A stretch of 63,984 nucleotides of DNA, counting the filler, from Octopus bimaculoides (Eukaryota): the NCBI RefSeq assembly GCF_001194135.2. It is 7 parts of 7 records of this genome, joined end to end, with 100 filler letters (N's around TTAATTAATTAA, not from the genome) between each part and the next. Parts side by side here need not be neighbours in the genome. Positions count along the whole stretch, not along the records: positions 23,230 to 34,345 come from NC_069004.1; positions 34,446 to 39,787 come from NC_069002.1; 5 more parts are not named here. One strand, written 5' to 3'. Shown piece after piece: positions 25,960 to 39,082 of the stretch (the stretch's first letter is position 1; the number at the start of each line of letters is the position of its first letter). A program made the translations under genes and the position numbers. The notes beneath the pieces are model-generated. The model was not told where the DNA came from and searched no databases. It was given only the letters and a program-made list of their open reading frames with translations.

Positions 25960-26378
25960 ACTCTTTACTCTTTTACTCTTTTGCCTGTTTCAGTCATTTG
26001 ACTGCGGCCATGCTGGAGCACCGCCTTTAGTCGAGAAAATCGACCCCAGGACTTATTCTTTGTAAGCCTAGTACTTATTCTTACGGTCCTTTTGCCGAAC
26101 CGCTAAGTTACGGGGACGTAAACACACCAGCATCGGTTGTCAAACGATATTGGAGGGACAAACACAGACACACGAACATAGACACACACATACATATATA
26201 TATATGCATATATACGACGAGCTTCTTTCAGTTTCCGTCTACCAAATCCACTCACAAGGCTTTGGTCGGCCCGAGGCTATAGTAGAAGACACTTGCCCAA
26301 GGTGTCACGCAGTGGGACTGAACCCGGAACCATGTGGTTGGTAAGCGAGCTACTTACCACACAGCCACTCGTGCGCCT
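25960..26378 (-). mobile_element. Full-length SINE family B
   Basis: Reverse complement starts aggcgcacgagtggctgtgtggtaag (A-box-like), has gggttcagtccc (B-box-like) and ends with an (agtaaaag)n tail. Confidence 0.95.
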
Positions 26379-26599
26379 ATGTATGTATGTATGCATGCAT
26401 GTATGTATTTCTATAGCTGTCTGTCTGTCTATGTATGTATGTAAAGTCTCCTCTTCCTCCTTTTTCTTCTCCTCCTTCTTTTTCTTCTCCTCCTCCCCTC
26501 CATTATTATCATCTTATTCTTCTATTACTTCCTCCACCTTCTAATTCTTGTTCTTCACCGCATCTCACCGACCCAACCTTGTCAGACCGTCGCGTTGCT

Positions 26600-26611
26600 T
26601 CATTGATAATT

Positions 26612-26643
<32 letters not shown>

Positions 26644-26980
26644 ACCCACACACACGCACAAACACACACACATACGCGCGCACGCGCACAGATGAACGTA
26701 TATACAAACCTATGGATACACAAACACATGCAAGCACATACACTCACACGCACTCACACATACATTAATACGCCCACATTCGCACGCACACTCTCCCACA
26801 TACACACGCTCATGCAAAACATTCGTACAACACACACACACACACGCACACACACACAACAACACACAGACACACACACACAGACATACACAAGTACGCT
26901 CCTTTTACACGCACTCACACACATACATCTGCAATCACAAGCACATACTTACACACACACGCATGCGCGCGCGCACACAC
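26600..26980. repeat. Degenerate (CA)n tract
   Basis: Direct inspection. Confidence 0.9.
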
Positions 26981-27781
26981 AGCGTCCATGATTCATCAAA
27001 ATTTGTTATTTGGAATTGTGATTCNNNNNNNNNNNNNNNNNNNNNNNNNNNNNNNNNNNNNNNNNNNNNNNNNNNNNNNNNNNNNNNNNNNNNNNNNNNN
27101 NNNNNNNNNNNNNNNNNNNNNNNNNNNNNNNNNNNNNNNNNNNNNNNNNNNNNNNNNNNNNNNNNNNNNNNNNNNNNNNNNNNNNNNNNNNNNNNNNNNN
27201 NNNNNNNNNNNNNNNNNNNNNNNNNNNNNNNNNNNNNNNNNNNNNNNNNNNNNNNNNNNNNNNNNNNNNNNNNNNNNNNNNNNNNNNNNNNNNNNNNNNN
27301 NNNNNNNNNNNNNNNNNNNNNNNNNNNNNNNNNNNNNNNNNNNNNNNNNNNNNNNNNNNNNNNNNNNNNNNNNNNNNNNNNNNNNNNNNNNNNNNNNNNN
27401 NNNNNNNNNNNNNNNNNNNNNNNNNNNNNNNNNNNNNNNNNNNNNNNNNNNNNNNNNNNNNNNNNNNNNNNNNNNNNNNNNNNNNNNNNNNNNNNNNNNN
27501 NNNNNNNNNNNNNNNNNNNNNNNNNNNNNNNNNNNNNNNNNNNNNNNNNNNNNNNNNNNNNNNNNNNNNNNNNNNNNNNNNNNNNNNNNNNNNNNNNNNN
27601 NNNNNNNNNNNNNNNNNNNNNNNNNNNNNNNNNNNNNNNNNNNNNNNNNNNNNNNNNNNNNNNNNNNNNNNNNNNNNNNNNNNNNNNNNNNNNNNNNNNN
27701 NNNNNNNNNNNNNNNNNNNNNNNNNNNNNNNNNNNNNNNNNNNNNNNNNNNNNNNNNNNNNNNNNNNNNNNNNNNNNNNNN

Positions 27782-27837
<56 letters not shown>

Positions 27838-27889
27838 ACACACATACACACACGCATACACACACACACAGAGAGAGGCGTAACCAGGA

Positions 27890-28740
27890 TTTCAACACCG
27901 ATGGAGTTCTGAAATATGAAAGCAAATAAACCATTAGCTATCGAATGTACGAATAGCAGAATTAATATAAGTACAGGATCTAAGTGTGTATGTGTGTGTG
28001 TGTGTGTGTGTGTAGGAGTAATTGTTGATAACAATCTCAGTTGGAGTGCCCACATCAACAATAAGGTCGATATAGCTCGTAGGATGAGCTCCTGGATACT
28101 AAGAACCTTCCGATCCAAAGAACAAGGTGTCATCATTCCACTTTTCTCCTCCTTTGTACGGCCACACCTCGAATACTGCTGACCCCCTGTGATCTTCCCA
28201 TACAAAACAAAACATCTTGAAAATTGAATCACCCCAGAGGGCACTCACAAAACGAAATGAAGGCATGACTGATCTTGATTACTGGGACGGCCTTAAAGCA
28301 TTGGGACTTTACTCTCTCCAGCGCCGCCGCGAGCGGTACGTCATTTGCACGATGTGGAGAATATACCGCCAGCATTATCCAAACGACCTCAACTTCAAAA
28401 TTCATCCATGGCTAGGACCGCGGGCAATACGCCCCTACCCAATTCGCGATCACAACGCGTAAATACACTGCAGCACAATTTCTTTTCCTCAACAGGCCTT
28501 GCCCTATTTAACATTGTCCCAAAACAGATCAAAAAGGTAAAAGATCCCATTACCTTTAAACGGAATCTGGACAAATTTCTTCAAGGAATACCAGACAGAC
28601 CACCTGTACCTAGATACAACTCACTCAACAAGAAGTCCCTACTCGAATGGACCACGATACCACAAAACTTGATTTTAAAAGTATCTAGATAATCCTATCA
28701 GGTGGTGCTATTAAATTAGACATGGGCTGGACCAGTCTTT
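27890..28740 (+). mobile_element. CR1-clade LINE 3' end, pseudogenised
   Basis: GVIVDNNLSWSAHIN..WILRTF..LFSSFVRPHLEYC*..IESPQRALTK..LYSLQRRRERY..LFNIVPKQIK..FKRNLDKFLQGIPDRP. Confidence 0.92.
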
Positions 28741-29319
28741 GTTCGATATATATANNNNNNNNNNNNNNNNNNNNNNNNNNNNNNNNNNNNNNNNNNNNNN
28801 NNNNNNNNNNNNNNNNNNNNNNNNNNNNNNNNNNNNNNNNNNNNNNNNNNNNNNNNNNNNNNNNNNNNNNNNNNNNNNNNNNNNNNNNNNNNNNNNNNNN
28901 NNNNNNNNNNNNNNNNNNNNNNNNNNNNNNNNNNNNNNNNNNNNNNNNNNNNNNNNNNNNNNNNNNNNNNNNNNNNNNNNNNNNNNNNNNNNNNNNNNNN
29001 NNNNNNNNNNNNNNNNNNNNNNNNNNNNNNNNNNNNNNNNNNNNNNNNNNNNNNNNNNNNNNNNNNNNNNNNNNNNNNNNNNNNNNNNNNNNNNNNNNNN
29101 NNNNNNNNNNNNNNNNNNNNNNNNNNNNNNNNNNNNNNNNNNNNNNNNNNNNNNNNNNNNNNNNNNNNNNNNNACTTGGGTCTTGTATGCATTGTTCGAA
29201 TTTCTTTGAAATAGGAAATATATGTATGTTCACTGGGTTTGTAAAAGAGAGAAAAGCTACAGGAAACCAAAAGACAAATGATAAGCAGTCAGCCACCCTA
29301 CCCTAGTCGTTACTACTCC

Positions 29320-30540
29320 CCAATGTAGAATTCCTCACCATACAGGTGACAGGCACAGCCGTTAGATGCATTAGGGATCTATAACAATTAAAAGGGCATG
29401 ACCCAACTGAAACATTAACAACTGTGTGACGTGAGGGTTAAGGGGGAAATGAAAGTGTCACCTCTGGAGTTTGCAAATGACCACTACACCGATAGGTAAC
29501 TGGAGAGAATAAATTTCTGATCTATAAATGTCTTTGAATAACCAGTCACTCATCTGGGAAGGCCTTGAAATCAATGTTACCAACTGGGGGCTATGTGTGA
29601 CCCAGTGATAATAAAAAGACTCAAAGGAGGTCTGCAACCAAATAACTTTACTGAACACTTTGCAACTGAATCAGTGGAGGGAAAGATGCCTCTCATTTAC
29701 TTGACAATTTATGCACCTCATTGCAGAAATCACAATCTAAGTATATCTGAAAGGATAGTCTTACACTGTTGTACCATTGAATTACAAATAACGCTCATCT
29801 TTTGTGCTCGAGTGACCCTACAGCTTCCCAGAGTACAACTGCATTCGTCTTTGCTTAGATAAAATGACTAAATTGTGGGTGTTAAGTCCCCATGACATAG
29901 ATGCCAACCTGGGGAATGTTACAGTGTTGAAATATACATATGCCATCAAGCTGTACCTCGAAATAAAAAGAGCAAATCCTATGCGCGATAGATATTTCCT
30001 GCAATCAGACTTGGACCCAATGCAGCAATAGATTTCTGACTAGCAACTCAAGCTTGCTGTGGACAAGTGCGTCACCATACACTTTGGGAGGAAAAATCCA
30101 GCCTTTACATACTCTCTTAGCAACACCAATCTCAAGAAGTCTTCTAGCGAATGTGATCTGGACAAACTACATCTCTAAGATTGTCAAGAAGGCTGAGGGT
30201 GTTCTTGCATCACTCAATAAGATCTTTGTCAGTCGCTCTCCAGCTACCTATTTAAAACTAAATTTACAATTTTACGTCAACACTTAGGATTTGCATCAGC
30301 AGTTTGGACCCCCTGTCTTGCTCGGTATATAAATCTTTTGGAAACTGTTCAGAAACGTGCAACAAAACGAATACCTGTCCTCAGGCATCTACCATACTCT
30401 GAACGTCTTGTTTTCCTGAGCATGGATACATTGAAGCTCAGACGTCTGGCAACTGACTTGGTAAACATCCATGATATTACACACCATCTTTCTAATATAC
30501 TACTGTGGATCTCCATCTTACTATTTTGTTAGCGTAGATC
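29320..30540 (+). mobile_element. Second CR1-like LINE relic, internally deleted
   Basis: IVKKAEGVLASLNKIF..LLETVQKRATKRIPVLRHLPYSERLVFLSMDTLKLRRLATDL at about 30170-30460; the 5' boundary is approximate. Confidence 0.75.
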
Positions 30541-30649
30541 TCCAAGAATTTTATATGCCTCCCCAGGGGTCATATGGAGCCCAGTTGAGAAGCACTGGAC
30601 TAAACAATTGAGCCTTCAATCCTGACGAAATACAGAAAAGCTCGGCTTC

Positions 30650-30927
30650 TACAAAGGAATCTTTGTAAACCTCTGCAGCTGATATCGTCGACAATTGAAG
30701 CAGTTGTAGTCAGGATCGGTTGGATAAAAATAACAAAGGAATCCAAGAAACATATAAGTGAAGGGCGTCAGCTATGAAATTTTATATGAATTTAGCAATG
30801 GTGATGCCAGTTTGCAAGAGAAATTTTAATGAAATTGTGAACTTGTTAATTCATTGCTCACGACATTTGGTACACACCCGTCAGTATGTCGTAGGAGGAC
30901 AAGCACTAAGTCTGTTTGTGTCTCACA

Positions 30928-30960
<33 letters not shown>

Positions 30961-31130
30961 TCATACATACATACATACATACATACATACATACATACAT
31001 ACATGCACGCATACATACATGCACACATGCATACATACATACATACATACATACATACCTGCACGCATACATACATGCATACATACATACATACATGCAT
31101 ACATACTTACATACATACATGCATACATAC

Positions 31131-31161
<31 letters not shown>

Positions 31162-32160
31162 CATACACGATCTCTTTCAGACAGCACTTGCTAAACAACA
31201 GCATCAAAAACATTAACTTAATGCTGAAAAGTGAAGAAAACAATATCCTACATGTTGGCAGCCATCTCCTCAGGAAGCACTGTCTTCATGATGACCGGCC
31301 ATATAACCTCAAAACAGCTGGACTGCCATACCTCAAAGAAGACGTGGAGGTAAAATGCTCAGCATACCAAAAAAAAAAAAAAAAAAAAAAAAGACCATGC
31401 ATGTGTAAGTTTCTCGTAGACTTGAAAAAGATGGTACCATTGACATGAAACGATGCCTCTCTTGGAATCGTGACCATTACATCACATCACACTTCGATGG
31501 CTATGCATTTGCAATCCAAGAACAGGAGATTTTTATTAGATACTTAATCAACAAAAGAGACAGCGAAGTCTTTAGAGTTCCAAGATGCAACCGTAAATGG
31601 AGATTATGTTATACTTTTGCAGAAGACATCACACATGTGATTAGCAACTGTATAAAAATGTCATTAAGATACTACCTCTCTATACGACAAGACGTCGCAA
31701 ATATACAATGCTATTCGGAAAAAGAGACTGTCCTGGAATAAATACAGAGAACCTCCCTGTTATTGAATACGAACACAAATATCAGCACAAGAAATACTGG
31801 TGGAACATTCCCATCAAAACATCTATCAAGTGTAAGCATAACAGGCCAGATATTGTTGTTTGGGACAGTCAAGGAAAAGTATGTGCCGTCATAAAAGTCA
31901 GCTGCCCTGCTGATGTGAATATCTCTTTGAAAATCGAAAAGAAAGAGGTTAACTATGGACAATTGCTTTGAAGCCTCCAGCTTCTATATCTGGATTACAA
32001 ATTTAATAATAATTGGAGCGCTTGGTTTTGTAAGTAAAAGCTTAACTGTTAGTGTGGATAAGCTTGGAAAGAGATCAACCAACTGATTCGCACATTATAA
32101 ATACAATCTGTAACCTTGCATAGTAAAACTATGCAAGATTTTTCTCAGGTTTAAAATGTG
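30650..32160 (+). mobile_element. R4/Dong-like non-LTR retrotransposon relic (RT end, CCHC knuckle, restriction-like endonuclease)
   Basis: GG..LS..TISFRQHLLNN; RLCYTFAEDITHVISNC; KHNRPDIVVWDSQGKVCAVIKVSCPADVNI..YGQLL..IIGALG. Confidence 0.85.
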
Positions 32161-32299
32161 ACATTTTTTTCCATTATTTACATTCTAAAGATGGAGCTTT
32201 GTATCTTGGTTAGAAACCAGCTCCTTCTTCTTCAGAAGAATTTGAATGATTAAAAACAAAAGAGACATGCATACATTTATGCATACATACATATAGATA

Positions 32300-32436
32300 C
32301 ACTGACAAGGTATTGGTTGGATCGGTACTGTATTAGAAGACTTGCCCAAGGTACTGCACAGTGGAACCGAACCCAAAACCACAAAACCATATAGTTGCAA
32401 AGCGAGGTTCTTAACCAAACCCGGATCCCTGCACCT
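32300..32436 (-). mobile_element. SINE family B 5' fragment
   Basis: gaagacttgcccaaggtactgcacagtggaaccgaaccc. Confidence 0.75.
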
Positions 32437-32467
32437 ATATATATGTATATGTATATGTATATACATA

Positions 32468-33187
32468 TGTAGCGGGCTGGATGTGATGTGCCATATCAGT
32501 TCGATATGATGTAGCCCACTACTGAATGTAGCGTGTAGATGTAACGCTTGAAGGTTCTTACGTCAGAGTACCAGTAAACATCGAAGAATCAACACCAAGA
32601 AGGAAGAAATATTATTTACTTACGTTTATTCGTTTGCCCAACAGGTAGTTAAAGAGACAGTAGCAATTTGAGGGATAGAGACAAGGATGGCTTACTGGTT
32701 AGTAGTTTATAATGTAGAAAAGGGTTGTTTGTCAGTAGAGAGTGAGAGTAAAGAATGCATGGTGCTGACTAGAAAGGCATAAATGATAAAGGCGGCATCG
32801 CCTTTCTTGCGGCCGAAAGACTCTCTTCGCATGTCGAGCGAAGGGCGAAGGGAAGTGCTGATCTTGGTTAAGGCTGACGCAAAAGGGGTGCTGCTCCTTG
32901 GTCTGGCTGACACAAAAGAGGAAGAGATAGGAAATTCTCTCTGTTATATAGACTATGGTCAATAATGTAGGTCAAACCCTAAACAAAGGACTGACCTTTC
33001 CTTGACCAGCACAGGTCCTAGGGGTTTGAGTGTGTGGTGTTTGCGGGAGATTAGAAGTAAGACACCTACCTTCTCTTCGTCGACGGAGACCTCTCCGGTG
33101 GTAACGCACCCTTCCACGTGGCCCGACCCGAACGCTAAAAATAGCAGCTGCTGTCCCGCGCAATCTCGTCAGCAATGCCCGTCCTCA
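32468..33187 (-). mobile_element. Putative solo LTR or unclassified element
   Basis: TG..CA ends with imperfect inverted termini (tgtagcgggc / gcccgtcctca); minus-strand TATATAA near 32945 and AATAAA near 32628; no TSD seen. Confidence 0.35.
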
Positions 33188-33189
33188 CT

Positions 33190-34330
33190 TCCCTGTGGCA
33201 ATGCTGCTGGCTTCATGATGAAACCATGATTTATCTACAAGTCCGAGAACCTGAGGGCCTTCAAAAATAAGAATAAAAACCTGCTGCCTGTCCACTGGAT
33301 GCACAACCCCAAGGCCTGAATTACCAAAAGTCTAACTTGGAGTCGGTTCCACCAATGCTTCATCCCTCAAGCTAAGGAATACCTCCAAAACGTATGCATA
33401 GAATTCAAGGTGTTGTTTGTTATGGACAATGCTGGTGGTCACACTTTGGATCTGAATCACGAGGGAGTTCAAGTCGAGTTCCACCCTGCCAACACCACCT
33501 CCCTCATCCACCCTATGGATCAAGGCGTGATCCGTGCCTTCAATGCACTTTACACTCTGAACTCTCCAACACTTTGTGGATGCAATGGATTCGGGCGAGA
33601 ATTTCAAGTTAAAGGAGTATTGGCGTAAATTCTCGATTGCAACGTGCCTGTCAGAGATGAAACCAGAAACTGTCATCGCATGCTGGACGAATGTGTGGCC
33701 AGGACTAAGATGGCTTCTCACTTGAAGATATTCAGCACGAAGCTGTGAACAATGTGGTGAAACTGGCAAAGGTACTTGGCAAAGGTTTTGACGGCATCAC
33801 ACAAGATGAGGTCAACGACCTCATCGATGCCCACTCTGAAACCCTGACAGACGAAGATTTGTTGGAGTTAACGAAGTCTGCCAGCGAGAAGGACGATGGG
33901 GTGGGCCTGGCAGTTGAACGTCTGTCCGACCTTTTAAGGACAGCAAAGCTATTGCAAGAGAAGGCGGAAGCAAGGGATCCCTATATGGTTCGGCCTCTCC
34001 AATTTATAAATACCATCGATGCTGCCATGCAGTTATATAAAACTCTCCTCACTACCATGAAGAAACAACGACAGCAACTTTCCATCACAATTTTCCTCAA
34101 GGCCACAAAGAAAACCTTGCACGAAGACACGACATCCCTTAAAATACCCGAAGAACAGGCGTCACCCGAAGAGCTTTAAATCTTCTCTCCTGTGCAGTCA
34201 TTACCTTCATTATTTTCATCGTCATCGTTTTAAATCACTATCATTCATTATTGGTGAGTAACTGTACATTTTACTCTATTTTTAAAATTAAATTACTATT
34301 AAATATAATATAATATAATTTAATATTATA
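33190..34330 (+). mobile_element. Tigger/pogo (TIGD1-like) transposon, 5'-truncated, pseudogenised DDE_1 transposase
   Basis: CGNAAGFMMKP*FIYKSENLRAFKNKNKNLLPVHWMHNPKA..VLFVMDNAGGH..EFHPANTTSLIHPMDQGVIRAFNALY..GFDGITQDEVNDLIDAHSETLTDEDLLEL. Confidence 0.92.
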
Positions 34331-34345
34331 TATATATATATATAT

Positions 34346-34445
34346 NNNNNNNNNNNNNNNNNNNNNNNNNNNNNNNNNNNNNNNNNNNNTTAATTAATTA
34401 ANNNNNNNNNNNNNNNNNNNNNNNNNNNNNNNNNNNNNNNNNNNN
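34346..34445. other. Assembly join pad N44-TTAATTAATTAA-N44
   Basis: Exact pad structure. Confidence 0.95.
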
Positions 34446-34679
34446 TTTTGTCAAATTTAATGGAAAAAATTCAAAAAAGCCTTTGTTAATACCCCTCCAC
34501 CAACGCTGAACTCATTATGCAAATTATATTCATCAATACCCATGCTGCAATGTTATCATAAGGCCGAGGTGGTCGTGGTATGGATTAGAAATATAATCCT
34601 CGTCGTATTCTCAATCAGTTCATATCTCAAGTGATTATATTTAATTACCATCATTATCATTACAACGTCCTTAATGACT

Positions 34680-34833
34680 GCCGCCATCACCGACCTCGCA
34701 AGCTGCCTCTCTTTCATATTTCTGCCTGCTCCGCCCACACTCACAACACCGATATGGCCACCCTCGAGCCGCTTTCATTACATCATCTACCCACCCACCT
34801 TCACTACTACTACTACTACTACTACTACCACTA

Positions 34834-34880
<47 letters not shown>

Positions 34881-36122
34881 GCAGTTGCTGCTGCTGCTGT
34901 TGTTGCCACCACCAACACCATCAACATTTACACCATCGACAATAATTAGAACAACCGCGTTTAACGTTGAAAGCTTCACTGTCACAGTTTCTACCACAAC
35001 CACCACCACCGCGGTCTCAATTTCTTACTATCTCCACTACCATTTAGCGATCATTATTGGCACCATAATTACCACAACCAATATCTACACCAACATCACC
35101 ACCTCCATTACAAGCGCCTCAATCGCCCCCGCCACTACGATGAAAACCATTTCTGATATGACCACCATCGTTTTCAGATACATTTAAACTCAAAATACAA
35201 AACAGATGGGTAGGTCTTAAATGGAATGCTGTTTATCGAAGTATAAGACTTAAATTCGCTCGACTTACTGGAAATCACAACCAAATTTTCCACATCTCCT
35301 TTAAAGAATGACATGTATTAATGTTTCAATGCAGTTTCCTCTGAAGTAGCTATTCAGTAAAAGGGGACCTGTGGTTATAAAACGATGACATAGCCATGAT
35401 TGTAATATCTTTGGTGATATGTAGGTAGGGGGGAAAACGAACGTGGCGCTAAACGACATAGAAAAGAAAGACCTTTGATTGTAAAGCTGGTTGGTTAGGG
35501 CTGACTTGGGGTTAAATAAACACGACCGTCGTTGAAATACCTTTGATCGTCCCACTTGGTCAGAATTGGTTCCAGGGTACACAAGAAGAACGAGGAAACG
35601 TCAATATGATCAGGTCAAAAAAACAAATTTCTGAAGAAATATTCCTGCCACCACTGTCACAACCAACACCGCCGAAGCCACCAGCACCACCACCACCATG
35701 CTTAACCCTTGGCAAAACAATAACTATAATTAATACAACTTCTTAAAAATTGCTGTCATTAAAGCATTTACAGCTACTCCCATAACTACAGCTACTACCA
35801 CCACCACCAACACTATGCCTTGCCCTTGGCAAAACAATAACCACCATCACGACCATCACCACCATCATCATCAGCGTTATCATCATTATCTTCGTCTTCA
35901 TCACCATCCTCCAATTTTGCGCTAGCATCATGTCAATCACCATAGCACTATCAAGAACACTAACACTGCAAACAACTAAACATTACTGCTGCTATTACTA
36001 CTACTACTACTACTTCATACACAACAATCTGCAGCTATCATCAAAAAGTACCTCTGCTACTATAATCACTCTTTACTAACGACATTACCACATTGACAAA
36101 GAGCAATATGATGATGATGATG

Positions 36123-36181
<59 letters not shown>

Positions 36182-36215
36182 GATGATGATGATGATGATG
36201 ATGATGACGATGATG
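34680..36215. repeat. Cryptic trinucleotide low-complexity region including (ACT)n at 34806-34875 and (AAT)n/(GAT)n at 36110-36215
   Basis: Direct inspection. Confidence 0.85.
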
Positions 36216-36924
36216 ATAAATATTAATCGCCAACAACAATAAAACGGTATCTGTCAAAATATCAAATGACAAATAGGCTGGGAAAGATTAGAAAAAAATC
36301 CACCATTTTAAAAATATTTTCTTTAAATGGAAGTAACGTTTTGCTAACGGAAAAAATACGACTTTTTATATTCATCCTTTTTTTTTTTCTTTTTTACCAC
36401 AATTTCAATCTGAAACATTAGACGTGTCGCTTCTTTATATGATTTGTCTCTTTCATTATTTCTTTCTAATTTCATATTTTGTGTCATTATTTTCCTTTTT
36501 CTTTTACATTTCAAAAATTATTTTATTTTTTCCAAAGAAAAAAAATTATTGTTTCTTTTGGATATGATTCTTTTAAAGATTCGATAAAAAAATTAAAAAT
36601 AGAAGCTANNNNNNNNNNNNNNNNNNNNNNNNNNNNNNNNNNNNNNNNNNNNNNNNNNNNNNNNNNNNNNNNNNNNNNNNNNNNNNNNNNNNNNNNNNNN
36701 NNNNNNNNNNNNNNNNNNNNNNNNNNNNNNNNNNNNNNNNNNNNNNNNNNNNNNNNNNNNNNNNNNNNNNNNNNNNNNNNNNNNNNNNNNNNNNNNNNNN
36801 NNNNNNNNNNNNNNNNNNNNNCATACAAACGTGCGCACACAGCATAAGCAATAAGCAAGTATGTATGTGTTTATATATGTGTGTGTGAGTGTGTAAGCGT
36901 GCGTGTTTATTTATCTATATCTCT

Positions 36925-36974
<50 letters not shown>

Positions 36975-38043
36975 TATATATATTTGTTTGTATCCATTCA
37001 AAAACACACACAAACATGTATATACACGCACACCCAAATTCACACAAACCCGTACTTAAATGGCGGATACGTTAGATTGATAAAAATAGATATCTACATG
37101 AAAACAAAAGCGCGTACACCGACGTATGCACTCACACTTGTATAATACATCTGTTTGTGTGCGCGTGCGTACTTATTTGTACAGAGTGACCTCAATTTAA
37201 AAACGTAAGAAGGAAGGTAATTCCTGTGATACAATGTAATTGGAGGGGGGTTTATGTATGGGGTATTAGACACTGTATGGACGATGTAAGGAGCACTGAG
37301 TGAGCTGAAGCACACAAAGTAGCAACGGTCAATATAAATGTGTACATACGCATTGCGAGACTTCTAACCTGCTGTAGAACTCAATATCCATGTCCTTCAG
37401 AACGAAGTCGTGTACAAATCAGAATAAAAAGATGACAAAGGAAATAAAGGATTATCTAGTGAAATTCATTATCTTACAGTTGTTTCTGCTCTAAGCTGCT
37501 GTGGACTTGTTGTTGAGTGTCTGAGTAACTCTGCATAGCTTCATCGGAGCCATGTACATATATTTTTTAATGTTTCTTTAATAGAAAGATAGTCATTCGA
37601 AATGGAGAAAATGCCTTTAATGTTATCGTGTGCAGGAGTGAGTCGAAAAGCACACGCGCATACGTGCATATACGCGCGCTTGTACATACACACACATGCA
37701 CACGCACACGTACACATTCCCATGAGTTGAAATCCCAATATAGAGGCTACAACGTCTTACAGAAGCAAAGGATGCGTTAGATATTGGTATTTTAGAGAAT
37801 CCTGTGAGAAAACTTTGGTTTGGTTAGGGCTGGAATTCTGTTTATTCAGCTCAACGAGTTCTTTCCAGAACCTACAAAAACTAGTTAAGCAGCAACAACG
37901 ACATCAACAGTAACAGTAACAAGAAGAACAAAACAATGTTAGTTAATTAATCAATGATGTAAACATACTGCTCGCTCGGTGTTGTATTATGCATCAATGA
38001 ATGGATGTGAAATATCATTTGTACGAATGATATTGGAAATTGG

Positions 38044-38045
<2 letters not shown>

Positions 38046-38090
<45 letters not shown>

Positions 38091-38212
38091 AGAGAGAGAA
38101 AGCGAGAAGGAGAAGAGCATGAAAGAGAGGGAAAGAGTGGTAGAGAATGGAGGGAACAGCGGGAAATAGGGAGAGAGGGAAATAGTGAAAGAGGAAAATG
38201 CAAGAGACTACA

Positions 38213-38252
<40 letters not shown>

Positions 38253-38262
38253 NNNNNNNNNN

Positions 38263-38301
<39 letters not shown>
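38046..38301. repeat. (GA)n purine-rich tract
   Basis: Direct inspection. Confidence 0.93.
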
Positions 38302-38305
<4 letters not shown>

Positions 38306-39043
38306 TGAAAGTTACTGCCATAGAATACATAGATCTAAAGAAAGTGGATAATGAAGAGTTGATCCGAAACAGTTGGTGAAAGTTAATTCATTGCACATTT
38401 GAGTACCAGAGGACAGTCTAACATGGAATTAGTGAATGTTAAGGAGAAAACACGTACATGGAGCTGGAGAAGTTTACAGCTACAAACGGTCAGAAAATGT
38501 TAGACTGTGAGAGGCAGAGATAAACACCGATAGACAGGTCTATAGTCAGACACGTTCCATATATGAACATCTAGTTATTAAGCACTCTTCCTTGTTTTAA
38601 AACCGGATATATTATTTGAGGAAAAATTACCTGGTATTTCTATACGTTAGGGCTTCTGTTACAGGTATCTTTGTCTCTCTCATTGCCTTTGTTGAAACTG
38701 TCCATATATTGATCTGTCGATGAACTTGTTATAAATACCAAACGAAGATAGTAACAATAAGTAGAAATATAAAAAACGAAATGATTTTGAATAAAAACCT
38801 AAATGCAAAAAAAAAGGAAACTGTGAAATATCAATATCGAGTTTGGTGGAGATATTGAAATTGCATATGGTATTTCAGTTGATCTCACACCTGGAGACAG
38901 AAATAATTACTCATATATTATGAACGGAACATCTACTGCTATCGCAAACATATTGATTTCTGGCGAAAACAAACACGACAGAGTCAAAATAAGAGAAAAG
39001 AGGCAGGAAGGGAGAAAGAGGGGAGGGGAGAGAAGGAGAGAGA

Positions 39044-39082
<39 letters not shown>

